A stretch of DNA of 59,233 nt from an uncultured Candidatus Saccharibacteria bacterium (GCA_964352875.1 CAYGTP010000001.1:31471-90703); one strand, 5' to 3'; counted from the first letter of the stretch, positions 25,026 to 34,946 are shown. Made by a program: numbers and translations. Notes: generated by a model from the sequence alone, not told the origin.

Positions 25026-25699
25026 ATGTATTACGAACTTTTTATTGTGGTGCTTTGGTTTACCATAGTGATGGGCGGGGTGACATTTATTCAGCAGTAC
25101 TTTTTTTTGACATACAGTCGACACTGGCTGTTGCTTGCGTTTTTTATATTTAGCTTTAGGGGTGGGTGGATTGGTGGTTCTGACTGATTTGGAAGAATAT
25201 ATGGTGGCGTTACATACTACGACGGGCATGTGCTTTGCTATCGTCTCCATCGCGCTATTCGTCATTTATTCGTACCGGCAAGGACGTCGTCGGAGAATCA
25301 CTGATTTCTATGCCTACGAAACTTTTCCGAAAGCTTATTGGGACTTCTTGGTCCCAACCCCCCCCCTCGATATTGGTAAAGATTGCAGAAATCATCTGTC
25401 AGAATGCATTGGTAGTAGTGGCTCTATCGACGACGATACCAAATATTGGCCTGATTAACTCGGCTGTGATAATGCTATTGCTTGCATTTATTCTCCACTT
25501 GCCATGTTTACGCACAGCTGGGCCGGTTTATGGTTTATTTTTCTTGGTTGGTGCTACATTAATAGCACCATTGACACCTTTCGCATATGCAGAACTTTCC
25601 TACGGTGTTTACTTGATTTTCTCCCTTCACCTCCTGTGGTATGCACTTATAATTATTTTGTTTCAAAATAGAGCCCCCTTACAAGGTCGGACCTTGTAA
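25026..25699 (+). pseudogene. membrane protein split over three reading frames (frameshifted or phase-variable)
   Basis: Hydrophobic segments run in frame 0 (25026-), frame 1 (25135-25458) and frame 2 (to 25699). The frame 1 to frame 2 switch coincides with a C9 tract at 25358-25366. A T8 tract lies at 25101-25108. Confidence 0.45.
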
Positions 25700-25731
25700 G
25701 GAGATAAGATTTACAAGGTCGGACCTTGTAA
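25678..25731 (+). repeat. REP pair downstream (2 copies, central base G)
   Basis: cttACAAGGTCGGACCTTGTaag occurs at 25678-25700 and ttACAAGGTCGGACCTTGTaa at 25711-25731. Confidence 0.9.
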
Positions 25732-25785
25732 GGGGGTTAGGGGTATTTGTGCGGAATAAAGATGTGGAATAAAGAAATGAAAAAT

Positions 25786-25819
25786 AAAAGCAGCGACCCC
25801 CTTGGGGTTGCTGCTTTTA
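25786..25819 (-). terminator. terminator downstream of rplT (bidirectional shape)
   Basis: aaaagcagcgacccc pairs with ggggttgctgctttt. Confidence 0.75.
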
Positions 25820-25852
25820 TTGGCCATGTCGTTTATTCTCTTAGAGGTAAAT

Positions 25853-26197
25853 TTATTTAGTTTTCTCGACTACGCGAGCGAAAGCTTCTGGTCGGTCTTT
25901 CGCTAAGGTGGCGAGAACCTTACGATTCAAGCCGATCTTCTTGTCTGCGAGTGTCTTGATGAACCGACTGTACTTTAGTCCGTGAGTCATCAGGGCAGCA
26001 TTGATGCGGGCAATCCAGAGTTGGCGGAAGTCACCTTTCTTGTTTTTGCGGTGGTCAAATGCGTGCAGTTGGGCGTGAAAGATAGCTTCACGTGCTTCTC
26101 GCTTTTTCTTTGAGCGGCCAAAGCGGTAGCCTTTTACTTGATCGAGGATATTGCGTCGGCGTTTCTGCGCCATCAAACCTCCTTTTACTCGTGCCAT
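25853..26197 (-). CDS. rplT: 50S ribosomal protein L20
   Basis: MARVKGGLMAQKRRRNIL is typical of L20. Confidence 0.95.
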   Translation of the reverse strand: MARVKGGLMAQKRRRNILDQVKGYRFGRSKKKREAREAIFHAQLHAFDHRKNKKGDFRQLWIARINAALMTHGLKYSRFIKTLADKKIGLNRKVLATLAKDRPEAFARVVEKTK

Positions 26198-26228
26198 ATA
26201 AGAGAATTATTACTAGTAATCAGTTGGC

Positions 26229-26420
26229 TTAGGCGCCTGACTTTGGTAAGAATCGGCGAGTAATTCGCTTGGAGAGAGACAAAGACTGTGTTCGCTTTCG
26301 CGCCAATCGCTGCTTGCCTGATTCTTTAGCATTAAAGTGGTTTTGTCCTGGCTTACGCGCAATGAGTTTGCCGTTTTTGGTCACTTTAATACGTTTCGTA
26401 TAACTTTTATTTGTTTTCAT
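26229..26420 (-). CDS. rpmI: 50S ribosomal protein L35
   Basis: MKTNKSYTKRIKVTKNGKLIARKPGQNHF is typical of L35. Confidence 0.9.
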   Translation of the reverse strand: MKTNKSYTKRIKVTKNGKLIARKPGQNHFNAKESGKQRLARKRTQSLSLSKRITRRFLPKSGA

Positions 26421-26491
26421 AACCTGGGTTTAGGATTGAAGTTCCGCAACTATAGCGTAGTGTCGGGAGGCTGTCAAAGGTTTTTTAAGGT

Positions 26492-27169
26492 CTAAATTTG
26501 ATCAGTAGCCAATAGTTCGTCAAGGGACTTCTTTTTCGACTTTTCGACTTTTTTGTCAGTCTTTTTCTCAGGTTTAGCAGCTGGTGCTGCGGCTTCGAGA
26601 ATTTTTGGTTTTTGCTGCTTCGGGGCAGTGGCTGATCGTTCGAGGGTAGTAGTAAAGCCTTTTGGACTTTTTTTCATCTCGTCAGCAATTTTGTATTCGG
26701 CGGGAATGATTTTTAGAAAGCGGTCTAAGCGTTCCTTGAGAAAGGCTGGTTCCATATATTTGTACCGCCCCCAGAGAAAGAGGTCGACTTTGACGCGGTG
26801 GCCTTCAGCTAGCCAGTCAGCGATGCGCCTGGCTTTGAGTTGTTGGTCATGTTCACCAGTCCCAATCTTCACCTGGACTGATTTAGTCTCAGTGACATGG
26901 GCTTTGGCTTTGACTTCGCTCGCTTTCCGCTTGGTTTCGTAGCGGTACTGTCCAAAATCCATAATTTTGGCAACCGGCGGCTTGGCCTTTGGTGAGATTT
27001 CAATCAAATCAAGATTGGCATCATCGGCGGCTTTGAGTGCCTCGGCGATAGTGAGTAGACCGAGGTTAGAACCATCGGCTCCAACTACTCGCAACTCAGC
27101 GGCCCGGATAGCTTTATTGATCCGTACTCGTTCTCCAACTTCGGCAAATTTACGTGGTCCTTTTCGCAA
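26492..27169 (-). CDS. infC: translation initiation factor IF-3 with a Lys-rich C-terminal extension
   Basis: INKAIRAAELRVVGADGSNLG is typical of IF-3. The track start is TTG, an ATT lies two codons upstream, and the true start is uncertain. Confidence 0.9.
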   Translation of the reverse strand: MRKGPRKFAEVGERVRINKAIRAAELRVVGADGSNLGLLTIAEALKAADDANLDLIEISPKAKPPVAKIMDFGQYRYETKRKASEVKAKAHVTETKSVQVKIGTGEHDQQLKARRIADWLAEGHRVKVDLFLWGRYKYMEPAFLKERLDRFLKIIPAEYKIADEMKKSPKGFTTTLERSATAPKQQKPKILEAAAPAAKPEKKTDKKVEKSKKKSLDELLATDQI

Positions 27170-27294
27170 AAAATATTGGCTTAATTTCTAATGCAGTCGG
27201 GGGACTGCTGGTCCTGATAACCCTACTCATCAGTCGCAATACACTACTATTGGTGTCCAAAATGTACCATAAAAACGTTATTTTGCAATGGCGT

Positions 27295-27696
27295 CTACTT
27301 AGGTTTTGGGTCAACTGTACGGTAAATCCAAACCGACTGCTTATTGACTGGAATTTTTACCCGTTGGTAGGTGGGGGATAGATTTTGGTATGCATCTATC
27401 CGAGCGAGTTCAGTTTTGGATAATAGAACGAGCCCACCGTTCACTTGGCTATTGGGGGCTGGGATGATGTCTTGCCTGGTTTTAGCGTACCCAGGCAGTG
27501 TCGCTGCGAGGAAATCGGTTAGGCAAAGACACGCGTAGGTTCGGGTAGTAGATTCAGCTAGTGGTCCATAGACAAACAGCACTTGATCTCGGTCGGTGCG
27601 GTACTGACTTGCGGCAATAATGCCCGCGGTACCCCCGACGAAACTACTCAGCAGTCCAGCAAAAAATGCACCAACAATCATTTGCTTACTAGTCAT
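27295..27696 (-). CDS. gamma-glutamylcyclotransferase (AIG2/GGCT)-like protein with an N-terminal membrane anchor
   Basis: An LFVYGPL core is present. The ATG at 27696 overlaps the upstream stop (ATGACTAG). The family call is by eye. Confidence 0.5.
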   Translation of the reverse strand: MTSKQMIVGAFFAGLLSSFVGGTAGIIAASQYRTDRDQVLFVYGPLAESTTRTYACLCLTDFLAATLPGYAKTRQDIIPAPNSQVNGGLVLLSKTELARIDAYQNLSPTYQRVKIPVNKQSVWIYRTVDPKPK

Positions 27697-28498
27697 GATG
27701 TTTTGGGAACCACGGGATAAAGTAACTTGTCGTATCTTTGTAGTGACGATATTCAACCGGGTACTTTTCAATAAACATATCTTCCAACATTGGTCCCGTG
27801 ACTCGGGTCACAATAAATGTGATAACCGCCGGACCAATAATCCCGATATATCCAAACGGAATCGGGAGCAACATAATGGCAAAGCCCCACCAGACGAGTG
27901 TTTCGCCAAAATAGTTAGGTCGTCGACTATAGTGAAAGAGGCCGCTTGTCATCAATGTGGCTGATTCGGTACCGGCTTTTTTGCGAGCAATAAATTGATC
28001 GAGTTGCCAGTCAGCGAGTGATTCATAACCGAGTCCAAACAAAGTGACAAAACTACCGACAAGCAACCACGGGAGACTGAGTTCAGTATTGCTGGCGATA
28101 AGGATAATTAACGGAAGGGCAACCAAAGTGATAATGATGCCCTGAAGCACGTTCACCTGTAGATAACTCCGCAGGATAAAATACACGTTGCCTTTGGCTT
28201 GCCAACTGTGTCGCCAAGCAGCGTATCTGGCGTCTTCTGGTTTACCGTAGTTTTTAAGAAAAATTCGCCCAAACAGACGTACGGCCCAGAGGCTGACGAG
28301 GGTACAAACAACGAGTCCTGTTAGGCTGGTCGCTTCAGTCAGATAGTACGTCAGCCACGCTCCCAACATAAATGCCGGCCCGTAGGCGATATCCATAATA
28401 CTATTGTCGCCAAGGAGTCTGGAGAGAAGAAATACCCCCGATACATATATGAGTATGATTAATCCAAATATTGCGATGGCGCTGAGCAGTACTTCCAT
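27689..28498 (-). CDS. DUF1295/steroid 5-alpha-reductase-like membrane protein
   Basis: The motif HYSRRPNYFGETLVWWGF is present. Confidence 0.8.
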   Translation of the reverse strand: MEVLLSAIAIFGLIILIYVSGVFLLSRLLGDNSIMDIAYGPAFMLGAWLTYYLTEATSLTGLVVCTLVSLWAVRLFGRIFLKNYGKPEDARYAAWRHSWQAKGNVYFILRSYLQVNVLQGIIITLVALPLIILIASNTELSLPWLLVGSFVTLFGLGYESLADWQLDQFIARKKAGTESATLMTSGLFHYSRRPNYFGETLVWWGFAIMLLPIPFGYIGIIGPAVITFIVTRVTGPMLEDMFIEKYPVEYRHYKDTTSYFIPWFPKHHD

Positions 28499-28540
28499 AG
28501 GCTTTGTTTTATCATACCATTTGCTACAATACTTTAATAT

Positions 28541-29263
28541 ATGTCCGAGAGTGACGTCATAAGTTCTTCAACACCAAAACGCGCCACTAGAAAACGCGCT
28601 ACTACTAAGCGCGCGACCGTTAAACGTGCCACCAGAAAAGTCGCCACTAGAAAACGCGCCCCAGCGAGAGAAGTAGCTGATGACACGCCGGAAGTGACTC
28701 GCCCAGTCTCGCGCAAGGCCCCGACAGAAGTGGCATCAGAACGAGCCAGTTATGTTGGTCGTAAACAAGCGAGTCGTAAACGCTCGATTATTGTACTAGT
28801 CCTCATGGTACTGACCCTCGGCGGGTCGTTGGGGCTGGGTATCTCTGACCCTGGCGTCATTAATGTATCAGCGCGGATTGAAGAACGAAATATCCAAATC
28901 GCGAACGGGGAATATAAACAACCAGTTGGCGAAACTGAAACTGCTGTCTCAGTACCAGTTCAAAAGACTGCGCCAACAGTACCAAACGCTGGGTTGCGGG
29001 GGATGGGACAACCGGCGCCACCGCCACCGCCTCCCAAGCCCGTAGCGACAACAACCGCGTCGAGTACCGATGACGGCACCGCGTCTACTACACCAGATGG
29101 TGGTGATACAGAGAGTGTAGAAGAGAGCGACGAATCGTCAGATATAGGCGAGTCTGCGCCGGCCGAAGATAGTATTGATCAATCAGAACCAGCCACCGAG
29201 GAAACCACGGAAACCACCGCAGACGCTGGCGCCGGGGACGAGGCTACTCCACCGACGGAGTAG
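28541..29263 (+). CDS. low-complexity membrane-anchored protein (240 aa)
   Basis: N-terminal KRAT-type repeats (KRATRKRATTKRATVKRATRKVATRKRAP) precede one transmembrane span, a Pro-rich region and an acidic tail. Confidence 0.6.
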   Translation: MSESDVISSSTPKRATRKRATTKRATVKRATRKVATRKRAPAREVADDTPEVTRPVSRKAPTEVASERASYVGRKQASRKRSIIVLVLMVLTLGGSLGLGISDPGVINVSARIEERNIQIANGEYKQPVGETETAVSVPVQKTAPTVPNAGLRGMGQPAPPPPPPKPVATTTASSTDDGTASTTPDGGDTESVEESDESSDIGESAPAEDSIDQSEPATEETTETTADAGAGDEATPPTE

Positions 29264-29642
29264 CACTACAACTATTACACCGACAGCCTTTCGGCTTAAT
29301 AAAATCATTAAAATATTCTTTACCGTAGTGGTAGGTGAGTTCGTCTCCTGTTTTTATTTTCTTTTTAGCAAAAATTCTAATCCGCTCTTCTTCTTCATCT
29401 AGCTCCGCGTAGCAATTAGGTTTGCAGGCGTGATTCATGTACCGGGCCGTGTGATCGCGATCAGTTGCGTCGAGTGTCCAAGTATCATTAATTTCAAATA
29501 GATAGCGACCGCCGCGCAGGTTGGCTTCGTCGGCAGTGATCTTTTCGCCGGTGTATTCAATCACAAAATCATCACGTACAAAGTCCTTACCCGCAAACAG
29601 CCCAAGCCCATCTAACCCACGTTTTATTAGTATCTGTTTCAT
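29244..29642 (-). CDS. SET-domain protein (putative lysine methyltransferase)
   Basis: RYMNHACKPNC, GDELTYHYG and a post-SET-like CRCNSCS are present. Confidence 0.85.
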   Translation of the reverse strand: MKQILIKRGLDGLGLFAGKDFVRDDFVIEYTGEKITADEANLRGGRYLFEINDTWTLDATDRDHTARYMNHACKPNCYAELDEEEERIRIFAKKKIKTGDELTYHYGKEYFNDFIKPKGCRCNSCSATPSVE

Positions 29643-29652
29643 ATTTTCAATT

Positions 29653-30435
29653 TTATGCTTCTCTACGCCAAAATGGTTTATGTGGGTTAGGCCTTGTCGC
29701 TGGCGCCGGATATCGGTTTGAGCGCCCAGCTACTAGATTACCTGGTACCGAGGAGTGGTTGAGTATCGGAGATTGACCAGTAGCCATCTGATAATAGTCA
29801 TAAGGGGTTTTTGCATGTACGTTTTTCTTTATCTGCAGGACTTCATTTTGGAGTGTCACTAAGGGCAAATCTGTTATAGGGGGAAAATTTATATTCTTAA
29901 TTTCTGCGAGCGTTTTACAGCGACGGAGTGAGACGAGCAACTCTAATAGTACTACTTGGTGACTGTTCAATTGTGCGGACACGTCACTATTGGCCGTATC
30001 AGGATGAATTAACTTAATTATATTAGCTAAAACAGTTTTAGCTTGGTTAAAATTGATAACTTCATAGTCATTGAAGTCAAGACCAATTAATCTCAGGATG
30101 GTATGAACATCATAGTTAGCTGGTACCTTAAAGTATGGATCCGTACTATCAGAAGATAGTTGCCGTTCTACCAGTATTTCGTCACCGGGACTGTGAGTAA
30201 AATCAGTAGCGTACTCAGCAAGGTTTTCTATCGCTAAGGGCAGGGTGCCGTGATTCTGCCAAAAATCCTTGCATGAAATTAACAAGGCTTCAGATTTGCC
30301 GCGAGCCATCTCCCATCGAGTAGCTTCTTGACTCGAAAGCCCCAGTGGCATTTCTTTGTCGTAGAACCTTTGTAAACATTTCTCCATAGCGGTTTCAATT
30401 GTAGGTGTCGGGCTGTTTTCTTGGTGGCTTTCCAT
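29653..30435 (-). CDS. hypothetical protein (260 aa) containing an HPD tripeptide in a J-domain-like context
   Basis: Clean ORF 10 nt upstream of the SET gene. The segment ANIIKLIHPDTANSD is only weakly J-domain-like. Confidence 0.6.
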   Translation of the reverse strand: MESHQENSPTPTIETAMEKCLQRFYDKEMPLGLSSQEATRWEMARGKSEALLISCKDFWQNHGTLPLAIENLAEYATDFTHSPGDEILVERQLSSDSTDPYFKVPANYDVHTILRLIGLDFNDYEVINFNQAKTVLANIIKLIHPDTANSDVSAQLNSHQVVLLELLVSLRRCKTLAEIKNINFPPITDLPLVTLQNEVLQIKKNVHAKTPYDYYQMATGQSPILNHSSVPGNLVAGRSNRYPAPATRPNPHKPFWRREA

Positions 30436-30497
30436 AAGTGATTTCTATCTACAGAGTAGATCAATATTGTAGCAGGTTCATTGCTATACTATTAGCA

Positions 30498-32855
30498 ATG
30501 AGTCAGGTCCTTTCAAAGTTCGTTCGCGCGGCAAATTATTTGTCCGCGGCCCAAATTTATTTACGAGGTAATTATTTATTAGAAGAGCCATTAAAGCCCG
30601 AGCATATCAAGTCGCGCCTACTCGGGCACTGGGGAACGTGCCCCGGGATTAACTTTACCTACGCACATTGCAATCGAGCTATCATCGCACACAACCTAAA
30701 TATGTTGTTTGTGTTGGGACCAGGGCACGGCTTTCCAGCTGTCCAAGCAAACCTGTTTCTTGAGGGTACCTTGTCTAAATATTACAAAGACGTTCCACGC
30801 AACCGCGCTGGCCTTGCACACATGGCCAAACAATTTAGTTGGCCGTATGGTTTTCCGAGTCACAGCAATCCAGAAGCACCTGGGGTAATCCTCGAAGGTG
30901 GCGAGTTGGGCTACGCGTTGGCTACCTCTTTTGGTGCCGTGTTGGACAACAAAGACCTGATCGCGACGTGTTTGATTGGAGACGGCGCAGCCGAAACTGG
31001 CCCGACCGGGACCGCCTGGCACATCAACAAACTCCTTGACCCCGCTCACAACGGGGCCGTGCTGCCAATCTTGCATCTCAATGGGTACAAAATTTCTGGA
31101 CCAACATTCTTTGGCCGGATGAGTGACGAAGAACTGACGAGTCTCTTTTGGGGGTATGGATATGAACCATTCATTGTGGATGCCTATGTCGAAGAAGATG
31201 TCCATGCCAAGATGATGGAAGTGTTTGATACGGCGGTACAAAATATTCGCTTTACCCAACATTGCGCGCGTGAAGGCACGCTCGGTGAGACTCCGCGTTG
31301 GCCTATGATAATTCTCCGTACGCCAAAAGGGTGGGGCAGTATTGATTATATCGGTGATAAAAAAATCGAAGACAATCACTATTCGCACCAAGTCATTGCT
31401 GAAGCGGCTGCCACGGACCCAGCCCAACTTGCGCAACTCGAAGCCTGGTTGCGGTCATATAAATTTGAAGAATTGTTTGATGGCGAGCGATTTGATCAAG
31501 ACATTGAATCACTTATCCCTGGGCCCGAGTACCGCATGGGAAACAATTCGCACACTATGGGAGGCGAACCGGCCTATCGACCGCTCAAACTACCGGCACT
31601 AACTAATTACCAAGCTCCGTCGGTGTGTCACATGGATGACCCGACTTGTGGGGAACTCAGTAGCATGGAGAAAATCGGCCGCTTTTTGCGAGACGTCATC
31701 AAAGACAATGAAGTCGAGCGTAACTTTCGTATTTTCTCTCCAGACGAAACCTACTCCAACAAACTTGGTGCGGTATTTGAAGTCACCAACCGTACCTTTG
31801 TTTGGCCGCACAAAGAGTGGGACAAAGACTTAGCTTGGGACGGTCGGGTAATGGAAATGCTATCCGAACATAGCCTCCAAGGTTTGATGCAAGGTTATGT
31901 ACTAACCGGCCGGCACGGAGTCTTCCCGTCCTACGAAGCCTTTATGCAAATAGTGGCAAGTATGGCTGATCAGTATGCCAAGTTCCTCCATGTCGCCCGT
32001 GACGTAGAGTGGCGCGGAAAAATCCCTTCACTCAACTATATTTTGACCTCGTCTGGCTGGCGCCAGGAGCACAATGGTTTCTCTCACCAGAACCCAGGCT
32101 TTATCGACGGTGCATTGCAACGACAGGGTTGCTTTAGTAACGTCTATTTCCCAGCTGACGCCAACACGGCTTTAGTAACGATGAGACACATGCTTGAGTC
32201 CACTCAAGAAATCAACATACTGGTCTGCGGCAAGCGCCCACTCCCGTGTTGGCGTACGCTCGAAGAAGCTGAGACCGACTTTGCCGAGGGGGTAAACATT
32301 TGGGAGTTTGCGAGTGACGAGGATCCGCATATTGTGTTTGCTGCCATTGGAGATTATCTCACCAAAGAAACCTTGGCTGCGATCAACCTTATCCATCAAG
32401 ATATTCCAGAATTACGGGTACGGTTTGTAAACGTCACGTCACTGTCCGCGATGGGGATCGGCCACTCACAGTGCCGAGTCTTGCGCCATGATTTTGATCA
32501 TTACTTTACTCCTGACAAACCCGTTCGAATTAACTTTCACGGCTACCCACAAACAGTAAAGCAAGTTCTGTTTGATTATGGTTGTGACGTCGCGCGTTTC
32601 AAAGTACATGGGTATATCGAAGAGGGCTCTACGACCACTCCGTTTGACATGATGGTACGAAACCGCACTGACCGCTATCACTTTGTGATGGAAGCAATTG
32701 CAGCGGCAGAGGTACAAGGAGTTATTACTACCGAAGTTGCCAATGAACTCATGAGTCGCTACGAAACAAAATTGGTCGAACATCGAGCTTATGCAATTGA
32801 GCATGGTGATGACCCAGCCGAAATTACAAACTGGGTATGGCAATCACGTTCGTAA
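30498..32855 (+). CDS. xfp: xylulose-5-phosphate/fructose-6-phosphate phosphoketolase
   Basis: LLGHWGTCPGINFTYAHCNR and the length of about 785 aa fit. I chose the start at MSQVLSKF. Confidence 0.93.
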   Translation: MSQVLSKFVRAANYLSAAQIYLRGNYLLEEPLKPEHIKSRLLGHWGTCPGINFTYAHCNRAIIAHNLNMLFVLGPGHGFPAVQANLFLEGTLSKYYKDVPRNRAGLAHMAKQFSWPYGFPSHSNPEAPGVILEGGELGYALATSFGAVLDNKDLIATCLIGDGAAETGPTGTAWHINKLLDPAHNGAVLPILHLNGYKISGPTFFGRMSDEELTSLFWGYGYEPFIVDAYVEEDVHAKMMEVFDTAVQNIRFTQHCAREGTLGETPRWPMIILRTPKGWGSIDYIGDKKIEDNHYSHQVIAEAAATDPAQLAQLEAWLRSYKFEELFDGERFDQDIESLIPGPEYRMGNNSHTMGGEPAYRPLKLPALTNYQAPSVCHMDDPTCGELSSMEKIGRFLRDVIKDNEVERNFRIFSPDETYSNKLGAVFEVTNRTFVWPHKEWDKDLAWDGRVMEMLSEHSLQGLMQGYVLTGRHGVFPSYEAFMQIVASMADQYAKFLHVARDVEWRGKIPSLNYILTSSGWRQEHNGFSHQNPGFIDGALQRQGCFSNVYFPADANTALVTMRHMLESTQEINILVCGKRPLPCWRTLEEAETDFAEGVNIWEFASDEDPHIVFAAIGDYLTKETLAAINLIHQDIPELRVRFVNVTSLSAMGIGHSQCRVLRHDFDHYFTPDKPVRINFHGYPQTVKQVLFDYGCDVARFKVHGYIEEGSTTTPFDMMVRNRTDRYHFVMEAIAAAEVQGVITTEVANELMSRYETKLVEHRAYAIEHGDDPAEITNWVWQSRS

Positions 32856-34009
32856 TCAATCCTGGCAGTTCATCAAAGAAATTCGCACTCTACGATACTG
32901 ATCGTGAAGTGTTTAGTGCCAAGTTTGAAAGAACCGTTGAAGGGTTTGAGCGCTGTGTCGAAGTAGCCGGGGAACGACAACTCGTCGAACACATTACACT
33001 GGAGACATTTGAAGATGCCACGTCAGAAACTGTCCGACTGGCGCTCGAGCACAGGGTCATCGCTACTGAAGCTGACATAACTATTGTCGGGATTCGGGTG
33101 GTGGCACCAGGCACATATTTTCAAACCCATAAAATTATTGGCCCGGAATATATCGCCAAACTACAAAATCGTTCGCCCTTGGCACCGTTACATACTCCAA
33201 TGTTACTCCGAGAAATCGCTGCCGCGCGTGAAGCTCTGCCCGACCACATGATCGTAGGGGTTTCAGACAGTGCGTTTCATAGCACCAAACCGCCCGTGGC
33301 CTGTCGATACTCGATATCTGATACAGATGCCAAAGAACTCGATCTATTTCGGTATGGGTATCACGGTCTTTCGGTTAGTTCGATTGCGCGGCGACTGGAG
33401 ACACAGTTTGGTCACGTGCCCGCGCGGACAATTGTGGCGCACGTGGGCAGCGGGGTGAGCTTGACCGCTCTGCAGGCTGGGGTAAGTATCGATACGACAA
33501 TGGGGTATTCGCCAGAGAGCGGACTGATCATGAGTACTCGCTCGGGCGACCTTGATGCTGGCGCCATGTTGGCGTTGATGCATGAGCGGAACTTACGACC
33601 GTTTGATGCACACGTATTTTTGAGTACGCGCGGCGGCATGAAGGGTATGCTTGGTAACGGTGATTTACGGTTTGCCCTCGAGCGTAGGAGTCAGGGGGAT
33701 CCAGCCGCCACGCTCGCCCTGGAACAGTTTTCATATCAAATCAAAAAAACTATCGGCGCCTATTACGCGGTGTTGGGTGGACTAGATGCCTTTGTGGTGA
33801 CAGCCACCGCTGCCTTTAGGAATCCAGATATAAGGACCTTGCTGCTGGCTAATCTTGAGCATCTTGGTATTCGTGTGGCCACTGGGCGCAACCAAGATTT
33901 AGTCGGTCGGGAAGGTATGATTCATGGGAACGACACGCCAGTCGCTATTGCCGTGATGCGGACAGACGAGATGGGGGAGATTGCGCGAGCGACCGAACGA
34001 TTTCTCTAA
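32837..34009 (+). CDS. ackA: acetate kinase
   Basis: VINPGSSSKKFALYD and GYHGLS are present. It overlaps xfp by 19 nt. Confidence 0.93.
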   Translation: MAITFVINPGSSSKKFALYDTDREVFSAKFERTVEGFERCVEVAGERQLVEHITLETFEDATSETVRLALEHRVIATEADITIVGIRVVAPGTYFQTHKIIGPEYIAKLQNRSPLAPLHTPMLLREIAAAREALPDHMIVGVSDSAFHSTKPPVACRYSISDTDAKELDLFRYGYHGLSVSSIARRLETQFGHVPARTIVAHVGSGVSLTALQAGVSIDTTMGYSPESGLIMSTRSGDLDAGAMLALMHERNLRPFDAHVFLSTRGGMKGMLGNGDLRFALERRSQGDPAATLALEQFSYQIKKTIGAYYAVLGGLDAFVVTATAAFRNPDIRTLLLANLEHLGIRVATGRNQDLVGREGMIHGNDTPVAIAVMRTDEMGEIARATERFL

Positions 34010-34122
34010 TGTAAGAGGAGGCAGGGCAAGACGTCTTATAGAGTAAGAGCCACACACCACGGTGACGACAGCTATCAGGCTAGCGCTATAAGTGCCAACT
34101 CCTCTAAAAATTAAATAATAAA

Positions 34123-34926
34123 ATGACCAAACAACTTCTCGGTACCGTCGGGGCCCTTATAGTACTTGTTATCGCAACTACCATGTTGGCAGAAGCCGCT
34201 CAACCAGGCGATCTGCTCTATGCCTACAAAACCCAAATCAATGAACGCATTAGCGGTTGGTTAGCGATAGAATATGTCGCTGACGTCTCACATCAAGTCG
34301 ACTTATTGGAAGAACGATTAGCTGAAATTGACGCCTTGGTAGCTGCCGGAGAATTAACTCCAGAATTGGCCGCTGACTTACGGGCCAACTTTTTTGCGCA
34401 ACTAGAAACGACGCAACGCACCCTGACTAATGCCTCAGGTCGCGCGCTGACACCAGTACAAATCGCGACTCTGAATGATTCGTTAGAGCGAGTGAAACAA
34501 GCGTTGATGACCTATAGTAAAACACTCAGTCAACTAGACGCCGTAGTGGAGGTCACTCCTCCCAAGAGCACACTAAAACTGAACCGAAAAAATAGTCATA
34601 ATAAAACGAGCGACGCCATCGCAGAAGCCTTTATGCCACTTGAAGTAGAAATTGCTGAGGCAATCGAAGAGTTGGACGCAGCGTATGATGATGCAGCGAC
34701 CGTTACAAACGACGACGCTGAATCAGAAGTTGACTCTGAAGTAACTGAAGTAATTGAGTCAGGAGCCGAAGCATCTGACGATAGCGAAGTTGCAGGAGTT
34801 GAGGTTAGTGAAGAAACCGTAGTGCCAGTTGAACCGACCGACGATCAGGTCGGAGAGACTGAAATAGAAGACGCTGCAGTCGAAACTGAGGGTACTGATG
34901 AAACTGTTCCAGAAGTAACCTCGTAA
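34123..34926 (+). CDS. membrane-anchored or secreted helical protein with an acidic C-terminus
   Basis: An N-terminal transmembrane or signal segment precedes PGDLLYAYK and a helical region. No firm family. Confidence 0.65.
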   Translation: MTKQLLGTVGALIVLVIATTMLAEAAQPGDLLYAYKTQINERISGWLAIEYVADVSHQVDLLEERLAEIDALVAAGELTPELAADLRANFFAQLETTQRTLTNASGRALTPVQIATLNDSLERVKQALMTYSKTLSQLDAVVEVTPPKSTLKLNRKNSHNKTSDAIAEAFMPLEVEIAEAIEELDAAYDDAATVTNDDAESEVDSEVTEVIESGAEASDDSEVAGVEVSEETVVPVEPTDDQVGETEIEDAAVETEGTDETVPEVTS

Positions 34927-34946
34927 TAGTTAATTCATAATGCACA

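Noticed and set aside
28560-28660. Nucleotide tandem repeats at the start of the 28541-29263 gene.
   Set aside because: They correspond to in-frame KRAT-type peptide repeats inside a coherent ORF, so they are a low-complexity protein region and not a separate DNA element.
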